Shown here piece by piece: positions 12,490 to 29,039 of a stretch of DNA of 64,000 bases. The notes below the pieces were generated by a model. The model searched no databases, had not been told where the DNA came from, and saw only the letters and a program-made list of their open reading frames with translations. Both the position numbers and the translations under genes were made by a program. This DNA comes from Eledone cirrhosa (taxonomy: Eukaryota). Where the stretch lies: the NCBI GenBank assembly GCA_964016885.1, contig OZ024743.1, forward strand, positions 238,142,001 through 238,206,000, given 5' to 3'. Within the stretch, counting starts at the first letter, position 1; every line of letters starts with the position of its first letter.

Positions 12490-15207
12490 AAAAGTATGAC
12501 CCCGACGGCAGAGCTCAAGCCGTTTCGGCGGCTATTTCTGGACAAAATTAGAATTTTTAGCCTGGTAAGACCCACGGACTCCCTACTTCACACTGAAGGA
12601 CCACAAATCCGACTTCGACTGTAAACCATCCATCAGGCTTATAAACCCAACGAAGTCGGACATAGGGAGAATCAGTAAAATAATCCTAGACTGCGTTATA
12701 CCAAAAGTTAAGCAAAACGCTAGACTTAGCCTATGGGTCAGCACCCAGGAAGTAATCTCATGGTTCAGTAATATGGAGGACAAACGAAATACAAAATTTA
12801 TCCAGTTTGACATAGAGAGTTACGGTCGCCTTGGACTTTGGCGAAACACTCACACCCATCACTGACCAGGAAAGAAATATTATTCTCCACGCCAGGAAGA
12901 CAGTCCTACTTTTCGACAACTCGAAGTGGATAAAGAGAGCTCCTGACTCCCCCTTCGACGTCAGTATGGGCTCGACGGATTAGGTCGAGGTCACAGATCT
13001 TATAGGATTATACCTACTATTTAAACTCACCGATATGTTTCCTGCATTCGGCGGTGGATTGTACCTAAAAGGGTACAACCCCAGTAGTACCGACCGGGTC
13101 CGTAAACAACTAATCAGCTTCTTCCGGGACTGAGGATTTAAAATAACCCCACAAACGTCCCTAACCCGAGTACATTTCCTGGACTTTACCCTTAACCTCG
13201 AGAATGATCTGTACTACCCATACAGGAAACCAAACAACAACCTGCATTACATCCACCGCCGCTCTAACCATCCTAGAAACATCACCAATAACCTGGTTAA
13301 AAACATCTCCCTCCGCATATCTCGTTTGTCCGCTAATGAGCAGATATTCAACGAGCATGCGCCTCATTACAACCAGGCCCTCAAGCGGAGTGGCTTCCGG
13401 AAGGAAATATCCTTTTATCCAGCTTTCATTAGCGGAACCAGCAGGCGACACCCTCGCTCACGCAACGTAACGTGGTTCAATCCTCCCCACAATGCTGAGG
13501 TGGCAACACCTATCGGGAAAATCTCCTTTAGGCTCCTCGAAAAACACTTCCCACTACAACACCGCTACCACAACATAATCAACAAAAACACCATCAAACT
13601 CTCCTACAGCACCACACCTAACTTCGCACAAAACATCGTCGCCTCTAACAACAAAAAACTCAACCCCTATGGAAGAAATAACCTAGACATCAGTGGAGAG
13701 CCGACCAGGAGGTGTAACTGTCCTGATAGATCCATGTGCCCCCTCAAAAACAGATGCCGAGAACGTAATGTGATCTACCAGTGCAACGTGAGGACGGACA
13801 CCTCCAACAAAGCTTATATAGGATTAACCGCTTGTGACTTCAAGACCCGGCTCTACCAACACCGACATATTTTCCGAAACCCGGTCCGGCGACATGCCAC
13901 TACACTTTCGGGCCACATCTGGGACGTCCAAGATAATAATATAACCTACAATCTCACTTGGAGCTTACTGTCCAGAGCTAACTCTTACACGGGAGGACGC
14001 CGTCCGTGTAACTTATGTTCGGAGGAAACATTACAAATGTTGTTTTCGAAGGACCAACTCCTAAACAAGAAAGACGAACTGGTAACCGCATGCAAACACA
14101 GATTGCGTAGGACTTACCTCGCCCTCAAACTCGATAACGGGTAGACAAGGGCTGATACCTCCCACTTGCCGAATTTGTAAGGGGAAACCCCTGCTTACAT
14201 AAGTAGACGTACCTTTTTTCTTTTCCTCTACGTTTCCTTCTTCCTCCCGTCTCATCCTATCACTTCCTTCCACCCCCGATCTTCTTCCTCGTCTGTTTTT
14301 CACCTTTTACCTACCGCGATGCAGCCCATCGGTCCTCTGTAGCCTCAGTACCCCCACCCCTGTAATTTTAAGATAGAATTGGCCGATTACGCTTTACTAA
14401 CTATTTATAGCAGATGTGTTAGACCCTGTAATTTCTTCTTTTTTGTTACTACTCATATTTGTAAATTTCTTATTTAATATTTTCTTTTCTCAACTTATTA
14501 ACCTGTAATTGTAAAATAGCATTGGCTGATCACGCTTTACTAACTATTTATAGCAGCTGTGTTAGACCCCCTGTAAAGTTTGCATTACATTTTTTCACTA
14601 CCAACTACAATCTCTTATTTAGTATTCTCCATTCTCTACTTATTAAACTTTTCTATGCTTAGCAATACCTACTAATTATAGCAGCTGTTTCTAGACTCTA
14701 CTGTTTTTGTTTTCTTTTTTCAATTTTTTATATATATATATATATATTTTTTTTATTGTACTCCCTTTCGACTTACCTATTCTTTAAACTCCCCTCCCCT
14801 TTTCTCCAGAACATTTTTTCGACTTTTCATACACTATCCTTAGAATCTGCTGTATAGATTTCACTTTCAACGTCTGACTGGCTTTCTTCACTCCCACTTT
14901 GTTCCACCGGCAAGTTCAGCCACCCCTACCTCCCACCAAATGCCATGATAGATTTATTTGTCTTTATAGCAAATGTTGACCAATCCTTTTGACAATTACT
15001 ATCTTTCCATATAAGGAAGTACCCCTTGATAAATTTGGCTATTTATTTACCAGGCTAAAACTTCTAATTTAGTCCAGAAATAGCTGTCGAAACGGCTTGA
15101 GCTCTGTCGTCGGGGTCTTACTTGTTCCTATTACCAACTCTACTACACTAAGTATTGAGTACTTTGGTGCGTTATGGTCCATCTGGTTCCTTACCACAAT
15201 TCCTTCG

Positions 15208-15210
<3 letters not shown>
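12490..15210 (+). mobile_element. 5'-truncated Penelope-like element (Hydra-like, WxNPP type): RT plus GIY-YIG, with inverted 5' pLTR piece
   Basis: FTLKDHK, RLINPTKSD, FDVSMGS, WFNPPHN, NKNTIKLSYS, CNC..CPL..C, VIYQC..YIGLT; stops/frameshifts; 12497-12568 is an inverted copy of 15047-15118. Confidence 0.9.
15021..15116 (+). ncRNA. Hammerhead motif with U3-A8 core and long stem II
   Basis: acccc-TTGATAA-..ggctattt...aaatagct..-GAAA-cggc..gtcg-TC-ggggt; the inverted copy near 12500 has perfect stem III acggc/gccgt; base of stem II imperfect. Confidence 0.65.
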
Positions 15211-15257
<47 letters not shown>

Positions 15258-17980
15258 TACGTTATTCCGGGTTGAATCGGAGGTAACCACAGTAAGTAAG
15301 GTACTCAATACATTGCAGAGTATAAAAGTTTTAATATAGATGAGATTCTACAGGACTAGAACTGTTTCATTCTTTAGAAATCATCAGGAATCTGGGTATC
15401 AAAAAATAAATATGGTATTTATAGGTCTCTACAAGTGGTAGGAGAGGGTGGGGAGTGGGATGGGTGTAGGTCATTGGTTGATAGAAAAGGGAATTCATTA
15501 AAAGCTAATTCTACAAAGCTATAGTTTATTTTTATTAATTTTTGTTTTTAGAGTAACAAAGGCAGACAAAATCCTATAAACAGGTTCCGGATGGCATACC
15601 ATTCCTTGTCATTAAGTTTCTCTTAAGCTAACAGATGTCTATAAGATCAGTGGGGGGTCAGTCATGGTAGATAGAATTAAAGGAAAGGGAGATTCTTTAA
15701 AAGTTCGGCTTCAAAACGAATAAGACACCACCCACCAACAGCCTACTCCAACCATTTGAAGAAGACCTCTTCAAGATGATCAAGGATATTAAATTCCGTA
15801 GAGCCACCACACCATTCCAGGCCTACCTAAATGCCGAATTACGGAATATAAAAAAATCCCCTAATCTTTATGTCTCCTCCGATAAAACCAAAAACGTTTA
15901 TGAGGTAGACCCACAGACCTACAATAAGCTGGCAAAAAATACCATCACGACCACCTACAAAAAGGTAATAGAGAGGGCACTGACTGAGACAAACGCGGCC
16001 GGAAAGGAAATCGCCAAGTCCCTTAAATTACACGACCGAACTGAACCTTTAAGGGTAAAGACCCCGCACTTTACCCTGAAGGACCATAAGGGAAACTTCC
16101 TCAACAAACCATCAGTCAGATTTATCAACCCCACTCGTTCTGACATCGGCTCTATCAGTAAGAAGATCCTGGATAGAGTTCTACCATCATTGCGGGCAGC
16201 CTCACCACTTCCACTCTGGAGCAGAACATCTGAGGCAATTTCATGGTTCCAAAAATTACCCGACAAACACCACACTCGCTTCCTGTAACTCGACATAGAA
16301 AACTACTATGCCTCTATCTCGGAGCCCCTCCTGAAGGACGCAATTAACTTTGCCAGGAATTTTACCACCATTACTGATGCTGAGCAAGTTGTTATCCTCC
16401 ACGCTCGTAAGACCTTTCTATACCACGATGGATCTTACTGGATCAACAAGAAATCTCAGACCCCATTTGACGTTAGCATGGGGGCGAGTGACTCGGCTGA
16501 AATTAGCGACCTTGTGGGCCTGTACATCCTACATCACCTGAAGAACCTCTTTACCGGCCTAACGGGAGGTTTATACCGAGACGACGGCCTCTTCGCCCTG
16601 CATAAGGTTAACCCCAGAACCACCGATGGGTTTCGGAAAAACTTAAGCTCTTTCTTCTCTAATCTAGGATTTAGTATAACTATAGAATCTAATTTGACTA
16701 GGGCCAACTTCTTAGATGTCACTCTCGACCTAGATACTTCCCTCTATTACCCGTACCACAAACCTAACGAGTCCCTTAAATATATTAATGTTAATTCAAA
16801 CCACCCCCAAAACTTCACTGATAACCTAGTAAAAAGCGTCTCTATTAGAATATCTGGCCTCTCCGCCAACAAAGATATCTTTAATGCATCTGCCTCCTAC
16901 TACAATGACGCCCTCGCCCGTAGCGGATTTAAAGATAAGATAACTTACCTAGAAACCACCGCAAGATTGCAGAGGAGGAATAGACATAGGCAGATTAGCT
17001 GGTACAACCCTCCCTTCAATAGAGAGGTATCTACTCCGATAGCTAGGATTTTCTTCACTTTGCTGAAATTACACTTCCCCATACAACATAGGTACCACAC
17101 CATCTTTAATAAGAACACAATTAGACTGTCTTACTCCACCACACCTAACCTAGCTAGGAATATAGCCAACCACAATTCTAAAAAATTAAATAAGCCAACC
17201 ACCTCCGAACCCAATCCCCGGACTGGGGCTTTATGTAATTGCCTAAATAAGGAAGCATGCCCACTTGAAAACAAATGCCTCACAAATGATATCGTATACA
17301 AATGCGATGTCATCTCAGGCACCGAGGATTGCAAAAAAACTTACATCGGCATGACCTCCAACAACTTTAAGACCCGTTGGTATGCCCATACCCACTCCTT
17401 CAGAAGACCGGACAAATCAAATCAGACAACACTCGCCTCCTACGTTTGGGACCTCAAAAGGAACTCCACCCCCTTCACGCTTAAATGGAAAATACTCCAG
17501 AAAGCGCGCTCTTACAACGGAGGACACAAGGGCTGCGACCTTTGTATTTCAGAGAGCTACGAAATTTTATTCGCCAAGGGCCCGCTACTGAACAAACTCT
17601 CGGGAACTGCATGCACAAGAACTTTGCAACTTTCAAACACTTTAAGCCAGTGTTAAAGCCCGATGGCTAAAAACGACCTCCCCTATTGGCCCCTATACCT
17701 CCTTCCCACCCCAACCCCACCCCTCCTCAACCTGAAATACGGCCACTATGGTTATGTGAGTACCTCTTTCCTATCTACATTTTCTGCCTGTAGAGGTGTT
17801 TTTATGTGCCTGCGTATATGCGTATATTTATTGAGTACTTATTTATTTGTATATGTATATATTTGTGTGTATGTGTGTATATGTATGTGTATGTATATAT
17901 ATATATATATATGTATGTGTGTATATGTGTTTTATGTGTGTATATTTATGTATGTATATGTATGTGTATATGTGCGTATA

Positions 17981-18039
<59 letters not shown>

Positions 18040-18092
18040 GTGTGTACATGTGTGTATGTATGTGTATGTGTATGTATGTATATATGTATGTG

Positions 18093-18147
<55 letters not shown>

Positions 18148-18148
18148 A

Positions 18149-18179
<31 letters not shown>

Positions 18180-18900
18180 GTGTGTGTGTGCAGGTGTGTG
18201 TATATATATATATGTATATGTGTATATATATGTGTATATATGCGTATATATATATATATATATAAAGAAAAAGAGATGAAATCGAAAATGCAACTGAAGT
18301 CTTATTTTTTTTAAAAATATATATATTTATTTGGTTCCTTTACCGGTTTCGCAGTTCTTCTGCTTTTCAAAAGGTGAGTTGAGATGGAGGGTCTGTGGTT
18401 TTTCTCACATCTGGTTGGTCTCTAAATGTTACTTGTTTTATATGGAAAAAGTGGCTCGAAAGCCAGGTTTTTCGAGAAGTAATTTGATTGGTTTGTCAAT
18501 AATTATAATAAATTTCGCGCCAGTTCGCGTTACAATAGTTCTTCAAATAAGAGAGTGGGGGGGGGGGGGGGGGGGGTTGTCACAGGTTGTTTTTTCATAT
18601 ATGAGTGTTTGAATTTCTTTTTACTTGAAAAAAGGAGGCTCACGAAGGCTTTTTTTTTGGTTGGTTATAAATGAAATTTGGCTGTCACGTGAACAAGTTT
18701 TCATTACATTTTTGCGCCCTTATTTGGAAAACTATTCTGTAGTCTTTATAGTGAATGTTATGACAATGGAGAGATAGTGGTCAAGGGAAAAGGGATTGGG
18801 AGAAATGTTCTGGTTCAGTGAATATGGCCAGCTGTCAGAGTTCAGGTGTCAGAGTTCAGATTTTCTATTGAGACTGAAGATATGTGTTTATTTGTATGCT

Positions 18901-18931
<31 letters not shown>

Positions 18932-18939
18932 ATGTGTGT

Positions 18940-19420
18940 ATTGGAAGATGATTCTATTAGTAGAGATGGGGGAGGGAGTTGTGTGTGTGTGTATATGGGT
19001 GTTATGTGTGTGTGTGCGAGTATGTTAAGATGAAGAGAATATATATATATATATATTGTGTGTGTGTGTATGTGTGTGTGTAGGAAAGTGATTCCTTTAG
19101 TAGGAAGATGATTCTATTAGTAGAGATGGGGGAGGGAGTTGTGTGTGTGTGTATATGGGTGTTATGTGTGTGTGTGCGAGTATGTTAAGATGGAGAGAAT
19201 ATATATTTTGTGTGTGTGTGTATATATATGTGTGTAGGAAAGTGGTTCTATTAGTAGAAATGGGGAGGGAGTTGTAGGTGTGGGGGTTGTTATGTGTGTG
19301 TATGGGTGTTATGTGTGTGGGAGTATGGTTAGCATGTTAAGATGAAGAGAATATATATATATATATATATATATTGTGTGTGTGTGTGTGTGTGTAGGAA
19401 AGTGATTCCTTTAGTAGGAA
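18940..19420. repeat. Three diverged ~140-180-bp tandem units in the PLE 3' UTR
   Basis: ttctattagtaga.atgggg.agggagttgt...tgttaagatg.agagaatatata repeated three times. Confidence 0.75.
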
Positions 19421-22400
19421 TATTTTTGAATGAACATATTTTCCTGACTTTTTCGTGTTTGCTGTTGTATTGCCAGTGCAAACGTATGTTAAGGTTTATT
19501 TAGTTCGGGTTTTTATTTTCTAAAGTAGAAGGTGTTATGTGTGTGTGTGTATGTCATATTGTGGTGTTGACATAATGTATATTAAACCTTATTTAATGTT
19601 GGTCTATATTTTTGAATAAACATATTTTCCTTATTTATTCGCATTTGTTCTGTTGTATTGTTAGCGCAAAGGTAAAATGGGAAGACTTGGAATTTGGGTG
19701 CCTTATTACTTGCGCAAATGTCTAGATGTGCACTTAGTGGTATCTGTCTCGTGGTTGGATCTCGTAATTGTTGGCGATGAACTGTCATTCTGTTTCTGAG
19801 TGTGAGTTTAGTTTGTCCTATATAATCTTCATTGCATCCTTTACATTTAATGGCATAAAGTAGATTTTTTGATGAGCAAGTGAAGTGATTTTTTACAGTA
19901 AAATTTTGTCCTGATTTAAATGTATACGTGTTGCCTTCAATGAGGTGAGTGCAGGTTCCACAATTAGAGCGACCACATTTTTTGATACTTGGTTGTGGGT
20001 TTGTGGTAGGTAATTTGGCATTGGTGAGTAATGTTTTCAGTGATTTTGGTTGTCTTTTGCTTTTGATTATTTTGTGTGTTTCAAGGGCTTTTTTCATTCT
20101 TGGGTTTTGTTTTAGTAGTGGGATGTTATTGTGAATAGTGTTGTAAGCTTCCGCATTTCTTGGGTTGTGTGTTGAGATATATGATAGAATATTGGACGTA
20201 CCTTGAATTTGTTTCTGTTTCCGTAATTCATCAATGCCTATTGCTTTAGCCCTTTCTATTCCATTATTTATTAGTAATAGTGGGTACTCTCTCTCAAGTA
20301 GAATTTCCTTTAATTCTTGAAGTCTTTTATTTCGCGTTTCATAATTGGAGACAATTGTGCAAATTCTTCTTGCTAGGTTAAAAGGAATGTTCGTCTTCGT
20401 GTGCTTTGGATGGTTGGAGGTGAATAGCAGATATTGTTTGGAATCTGTTGGTTTGTAGTGTATGTCAGTTTCGATATTTGTGTCTTTTTTTGTGATTAAG
20501 ATGTCCAGAAATGGGAGTTGATCTTGGCTGTATTCCATTGTGAATTGGATGTGGTTATTGATGCCGTTTATTAAGTTTTTGAAATCCTTCAGTTGGTCGA
20601 GTGTGTGGGACCAAAGAATGAAGCAATCATCCAAGTAGCGTTTCCAATTCTCTGATAAATATTTGTGGAAGTTCAATCCGTATTTTGATTTGGACTGTTC
20701 ATATATCTGGACTTCTAAGTATGCCATGACTAAGTTGGCATAAGTTGGAGCGGCTTTTGTGCCCATCGCAGTCCCCGATATTTGCTTGTAAGTATTGCCA
20801 TCGAAATAAAAAAGTTGTTCTGTAGGATGAATTTTAATCCCTCGGTGATGAAGCTTTTTTCTATTCTGTCGGGTATCTCATTGGGATATTTCTCTAGCCA
20901 GAATCCTATTGCTTCTAGTCCGTATTGGTGTGGGATCGTTGTGTAGAGATTCACTACATCGAAAGACACAATAATAGTGTCGTTGTTGACATGTTTGGGG
21001 AGGTGGTTTAAGAGGTCCAGATCGTCTCTTACAAGGCTTGGTATGTGTTTCAGTATTGGTTTCAGTAGTATGTCTATAAAGTTGCTCAATCTGTATGTTT
21101 CACATTGTGGGCCCGCTAAAATTGGTCTTAATTTAAGGTCTGTGGGGTATTGTGTGTTCACGCAGGCTGAGGTGGATTGTTTACAGGCATCGTTGATTAT
21201 TTTACATTTGTGGATCTTCGGAAGTCCGTAAAGGTTGCTGGTTTTGTATTCAAAATTTGTTAAATAATCGCGTTCCTTTTTAGTTAGGTCTTCCTGGTAT
21301 CGATAAATCAGTGTGTTTAATTTGGTCATTATTTTTGATTGCTGGTAGTTTTTTACTCTTTCATAGTAATTAGTATTTTGTAAGAGAGAGAACATAGAAT
21401 TTTTATATTTTTCAGCCTCCATAATGACAACAGTACTTCCCTTGTCCGCTTCCTTAATTACAATGTCCGTATTGTTTTTTAGTTCATGGATAATCTCCCA
21501 TTCCCTTCGACTTGTGTTGGGTTTGGGTTTAGGTTGCGGTAGTTCATGGTATGGGAAGGTAGCTATGTGGTCACAAAATTTGTCCAGAACTCTGTTTCTA
21601 CCTTTTGTTGGGTTGTAGCTGCTTTTATTCCGTACAATTGATTCGTCGTTATTCTCCTTGTCAAAGAATTCCTCTGTGAGACGTAATTTTCTACAAAAGT
21701 GTGAGATATCGTCATTTATCTCGTTGGGGTTAGGATATTGTGGTGTTGGTGTGAATTTCAGACCTTTGGAGAGAATTTTTACTTGTTGGGCTGAGAGGTT
21801 TGTATTTGAAATGTTAATTATTTTCGGTTTTTCAAAATCGGTTTGTGCCACCGGGTGTCGTGAGTCCTGTAGCCTTGGTCTAAAAAATGATTTTTCTGGA
21901 ATGTTTTTTCATTGGTATTATTATATCTAATGGTATTTCCCCTGTTGTTGTGTGGTCTTGTATAGAAGTTTCGGACGTATTGAGGTTAGGTTTGTTGATA
22001 GTCCGGGTTGTAGATTTGGTTCCTTTGTGTGGGTTGGGATCTATGGTTTTGGAACAGGCTCTGTGTGGGCAGGGGTCTACGGTTTTGGAATAGGTTTTGT
22101 GTGGGTTGTGATCTGCTGATCAGGTCCGGCCTTGTGTTCGGGGATCTTTGGTTTTTGTTAGTAGGGTTATAGTTTTGTCTATGGTTTCTGGGATTATCGT
22201 TATAGTTTTGCTGGGGGTATGTTGGACGTTTTGTTACTTTTTTTGTTATTTGTTGTGCATGTGGTGTGTGAGTTTTAGTTTGTTTTAAAAATGGGTTACC
22301 TGTATGTTGTTCATTTTTGAAGTCCATTTCGTAGTTGTTGAACCAGGTGGCGTTTTTTTCCCATCGCTGGAGGGATGTGAGTTCTTCATCCTCACAGTTT

Positions 22401-22683
22401 TCTTTCCAAAGTTTTAGGGTTTTTTTGTAGAGTAGGCCTTCAAGTAAAAAGAAATTCAAACACTCATATATGAAAAAACAACCTGTGACAACCCCCCCCC
22501 CACTCTCTTATTTGAAGAACTATTGTAACGCGAACTGGCGCGAAATTTATTATAATTATTGACAAACCAATCAAATTACTTCTCGAAAAACCTGGCTTTC
22601 GAGCCACTTTTTCCATATAAAACAAGTAACATTTAGAGACCAACCAGATGTGAGAAAAACCACAGACACTCCATCTCAACTCA

Positions 22684-22721
22684 CCTTTTGAAAAGCAGAA
22701 GAACTGCGAAACCGGTAAAGG
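22684..22721 (+). ncRNA. Minimal type I hammerhead, U3-A8 variant (copies 18337-18374 and 31684-31721 on minus)
   Basis: cctt-TTGAAAA-gcag aagaa ctgc-GAAA-ccgg-TA-aagg; palindromic stem III ACCGGT. Confidence 0.8.
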
Positions 22722-22860
22722 AACCAAATAAATATATATATTTTTAAAAAAAATAAGACTTCAGTTGCATTTTCGATTTCATCTCTTTTTCTTTATACTT
22801 CCACTCGTGGAGGACACCTCGGTTATTTTTCATTTTGTAAAAAAAACCTCACTTTCTAAT

Positions 22861-24290
<1,430 letters not shown>

Positions 24291-24780
24291 TTGCGCGCGA
24301 GTTTGTGAGTGAGTGTGTTTTTTTGTGAATGTGTCTGTTGATTTTTTGGCATATAGTTGATTAGTTTAAGAGAAGTTCGAAGATAATTGTAAGATATGCA
24401 CTCAGTATTTTGAATCTGTCTACAGAATTCTCTAGACCTTTGTCACTTAGTAGAACCTTAATGAGTTTAGCTTTTAAAGAATCTCCCTTTCCTTTAATTC
24501 TATCTACCATGACTGACCCCCCACTGATCTTATAGACATCTGTTAGTTTAAGAGAAACTTAATGACAAGGGATGGTATGCCATCCGGAACCTGTTTATAG
24601 GATTTTGTCTGCCTTTGTTACTCTAAAAACAAAAATTAATAAAAATAAACTATAGCTTTGTAGAATTAGCTTTTAATGAATTCCCTTTTCTATCAACCAA
24701 TGACCTACACCCATCCCACTCCCCACCCTCTCCTACCACTTGTAGAGACCTATAAATACCATATTTATTTTTTGATACCC

Positions 24781-24831
24781 AGATTCCTGATGATTTCTAA
24801 AGAATGAAACAGTTCTAATCCTGTAGAATCT
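24781..24831 (+). ncRNA. Type I hammerhead (inverted copy 15343-15393)
   Basis: agattc-CTGATGA-t ttct aa agaa t-GAAA-cag ttctaatc ctg-TA-gaatct. Confidence 0.85.
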
Positions 24832-24841
24832 CATCTATATT

Positions 24842-24908
<67 letters not shown>

Positions 24909-25089
24909 TGCTTTTGACAACAGCTGATGATATACAAGTAGGTAAATATTCTCCTTATCTGATATTTTGTAACTAACCTTACATAGACCGATAACGAAAT
25001 ATGCGTACGATGTATTATTATCACCTAGAAACGATCGTAAACACTGAAGTATATTCCTAATGACTTGAATTTGTATTTCATTTTTTTAA

Positions 25090-25131
<42 letters not shown>

Positions 25132-25942
25132 TAGACAAGGCCGTTATTGCTCTAACCAGTCTATTCACCTTCAATAACTATCCTAAATATATATACAATT
25201 ATACTATAAATATATAGAACAAACGCAAACAATCATCGAATGCCCTATACGTAAATACCGCACTCAGAAAACAAAGGCAATAGTAAACAAAGCATCTAAT
25301 GGACAAGAGTGTCGGTTACCAAACTCGAAAAAATTAAATTCGTAAAAACCAAGCCAGTCATGAAATAAATGTTTATATTAGAGCTAAGACATCCTCTATA
25401 ATCCCTACCTCAGATATCATCCATATATCCCAACCCTTAACCCATCCTAAAGGGAGTATGAGGGAGACGGACTTTTTCAAGCTGTAGCCGTCAAATTACG
25501 CAGTTTCTGTATAATAATAGACATTAAATATCTATCATTAGCTGCAGCGACTACAACCCCATTATCTAATAGGCCTTGTTCCACCATATTCCGTATGCCC
25601 TTAACCTAAAACCTCAAACAATTCCTCCAGGACGATGGGATGTTGTGCATCGGGAGGCCAAGCTTTCAAATGGATATAATATACGTACTCCAATAAATAA
25701 AAAATAAAAAATACTAAACTATTAAAGAAAAAAGAGCGAAACGACCCAAGACGAAGAATACAAGAAGTCTAGTTCCTATTCCATATCCTATAAACCACAA
25801 GAATAAGGCAAATACCAAAATTATTAAGAAACAAACAACATAAGCGAAATGAATCCATGATGAAAATCATATATATGAAAAATATATGATATCAGAAAAT
25901 ATAACCAAAAGGCGATGCAAAAGGTATAAATCGCAATGTCTA

Positions 25943-26132
25943 GAGCGATGGATTGGCATTATCAGTAGAGGGTCGGACGCCATGCTTGCAGCAAAGAGTT
26001 ACGGCCCTTGCCATTCTGAATTCAAATCCCGCCGAGGTTAACCTTGCCTCATCCTTACGGGGTCGATAAAGTAAAGTACTACTAATACACTGGGATAATT
26101 GCTGGCCTTGTGCCAAAAGTAGAAACAATTAT
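25943..26132 (+). mobile_element. tRNA-derived SINE
   Basis: Family match. Confidence 0.85.
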
Positions 26133-26214
26133 TAATATAAAATAACCATAAAATATATTCTCGAATGTAAACCACAATGAAGATTAATTAAATACACAAG
26201 CATGAATATATATA

Positions 26215-27680
26215 TTACGGTGTAGCTTGGGTAAAGACGTCTACATCTTCAGACCTGTTCGACGTCTCCATGGGATCGTTTGACGGTGCTGACGTATGTG
26301 ACTTGGTTGGCCTTTTTATCTTAGACATATTACGTGTTAGATTCCCGGACTTCCACACGGGAATATACCGTGACGATGGACTGACTTTATCGAGCCATAA
26401 AAGTGGTCACGACCTCGACCGGTTTAAAAAAGACTTAGCTTCTACCTTCAATGAGTTAGGTCTTAGGATAACAGTAGCCACCAACTTCTCTAGCGTAGAT
26501 TTCTTAGAATTAATTTAGACCTTCGCACACCCACCCACAGACCCTTCCATAAGCTAAACGAGAAACTTAATTACATTCACAAGAACTCATGTCACCATCC
26601 CACTGTTTTTAGAAACTTCGTTAAGAATATCAGTACTATAATCTCAAACCTCTCCTCTAATAAGGCTATATTTGACAGGGCGGCACCCCACTATAACACG
26701 GCGTTGGCTAACAGCGGCTTCTCACAACCTATCACTTACTCTCCCACTAGCAACAACACCATTAAGAAAAGTGAGCGCAACAATAGAAAAACTATCTGGT
26801 TCTCTCCCCCCTTCTCACTCAACGTTAAAACCAATGTAGGAAAACAATGTCTAGTCCTCTTAGATAGACACTTCCCCATAGGTCATAAATACCGCTCCAT
26901 CTTTAACCGACAAAAAGTTAAACTAGGATACTCCTGCGCTAAGAACATGAAGGCCCACATCACCAGCAGCATTAGGAGCAACACCCACCAGGGTGCTCTT
27001 GCCATAAGCCTGAAGCTTGCCCCCTTCAACAGCAATGCAACACACCAGCTGTAATCTATGAAGCTGTGGTCACTTCCAACCGACCAAACGAACCACAGGA
27101 AGTCAAATCCTATGTGGGCATGGCGGAGGGCCGATTCAAGGAACGTTTCCTGAACCACCAGTCTACCTTCAGATACCCGGACAGACGTTCATCCACGAAA
27201 CTCGCGAGCCACGTATGGTCCCCCAAGGACTCAAGTATAGACTACTCCATCCAATGGAAAGCCATCACTAAGTCCAATCCATACGCAAGGGGAAATCCGA
27301 CAGGTGGCTTATGTATTGACGAACGAATAACTACTCTAAAGAGATTACGCAATAGTGATTGCCTAAACACGAGGAGTGAATTTTTCACACGTTGTTCACA
27401 CGTCGCCAAACATCTATTGTATAACTACAAGGCTTCGGACTGATTCTTTTGTAATTTTATTTTCAACTTAAAAACTTTTCGGACTTTCGCAGTTATCTCC
27501 CTTACACCTCTTGCACGCAGTCTAGTATTGCCTGTGTGAAGTGACCGGGTTTCTGCGCATGCGCATTCGTACGGTTGTCCTTCTTGTTCCTATAACCATG
27601 CCCATTCCGAGCTGAAGATCCGCTAAGGTGAAACAATTGTTCTCGGTATGGTGAACTAACTGTTGTGTAACCACTTCTAT
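26215..27680 (+). mobile_element. 5'-truncated Penelope-like element (Hydra-like)
   Basis: FDVSMGSFDGADVCDLVG, GIYRDDG, WFSPPFS, FNRQKVKLGYSC, SYVGMAEGRFKERF; frameshifts; HHR at 27607-27646. Confidence 0.9.
27607..27646 (+). ncRNA. Minimal type I hammerhead
   Basis: ccgag-CTGAAGA-t cc gctaa gg t-GAAA-caattg-TT-ctcgg; palindromic stem III. Confidence 0.85.
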
Positions 27681-27716
27681 ATATATAGAGAGAGAGAGAG
27701 AGGGAAGTGGTTACAC

Positions 27717-28498
<782 letters not shown>

Positions 28499-28499
28499 A

Positions 28500-28960
28500 A
28501 CAAGGGGAGAAGAATACTGCATGGTTGCACATGGATTACATATTATAAAATTAGTCCCTCATCAGTGATTTGCCAACCATCATTGGTATTTCATCGCATT
28601 AAAAATCAAATACCTCAGGTTGGTGCGAGCAATAACTAAAATAAGCTATTGGGACAAGTGAAACGCGTAAAGCGAGTGAGACAAGTAAACAACAGAAGGA
28701 AAAGCAAACCGAAGGTTGGGAAAACAGCAAGCAACATGATAGTTATCCGATCAGCATAAGCTGGGTGAATTTCATGAGCGGTCAGAGAAGCAGACCGTAC
28801 GCCGTGAATGCGGTGTGAGAAAGAAGGAACCGCACTACTAGCGAACGGGAGGAAGTGAGAAGGGGAGAAACAGAGAGTGAGTGAGTGGAAGTGCGAGGAA
28901 GAGGTCAGTCGAGAGAAAGTGTTAACTGACAGAGGGGACGAAAGAAGGTAAGAGAAATAT
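28500..28960 (-). mobile_element. PLE-like terminal repeat, diverged relative of 34092-35100
   Basis: tcatcagtgat..ccaaccatca..ggtatt..atacctc.ggttggtgcgagcaa shared; flanked by (TA)n. Confidence 0.65.
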
Positions 28961-29039
28961 ATATATATATAAGGGTGAAAGCAGCGATTCTTTGCTTAAA
29001 TTTTAATCTGTTATTTTAATAAATATATATATATATATA

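Larger units (their letters stand above)
18262..22860 (-). mobile_element. 5'-truncated Neptune-like Penelope element (RT plus GIY-YIG) with inverted 5' pLTR, nested in the previous element
   Basis: LSKGLKFTPTP, IKEADKG, YGLPKIHK, LRPI, SFDVVNLYT, MGTKAAPTYANL, KRYLDD, KCGRSNCGTC linker, LLYAIKC..YIGQT; one frameshift near 20805; 18262-18617 is inverted at 22453-22797. Confidence 0.93.
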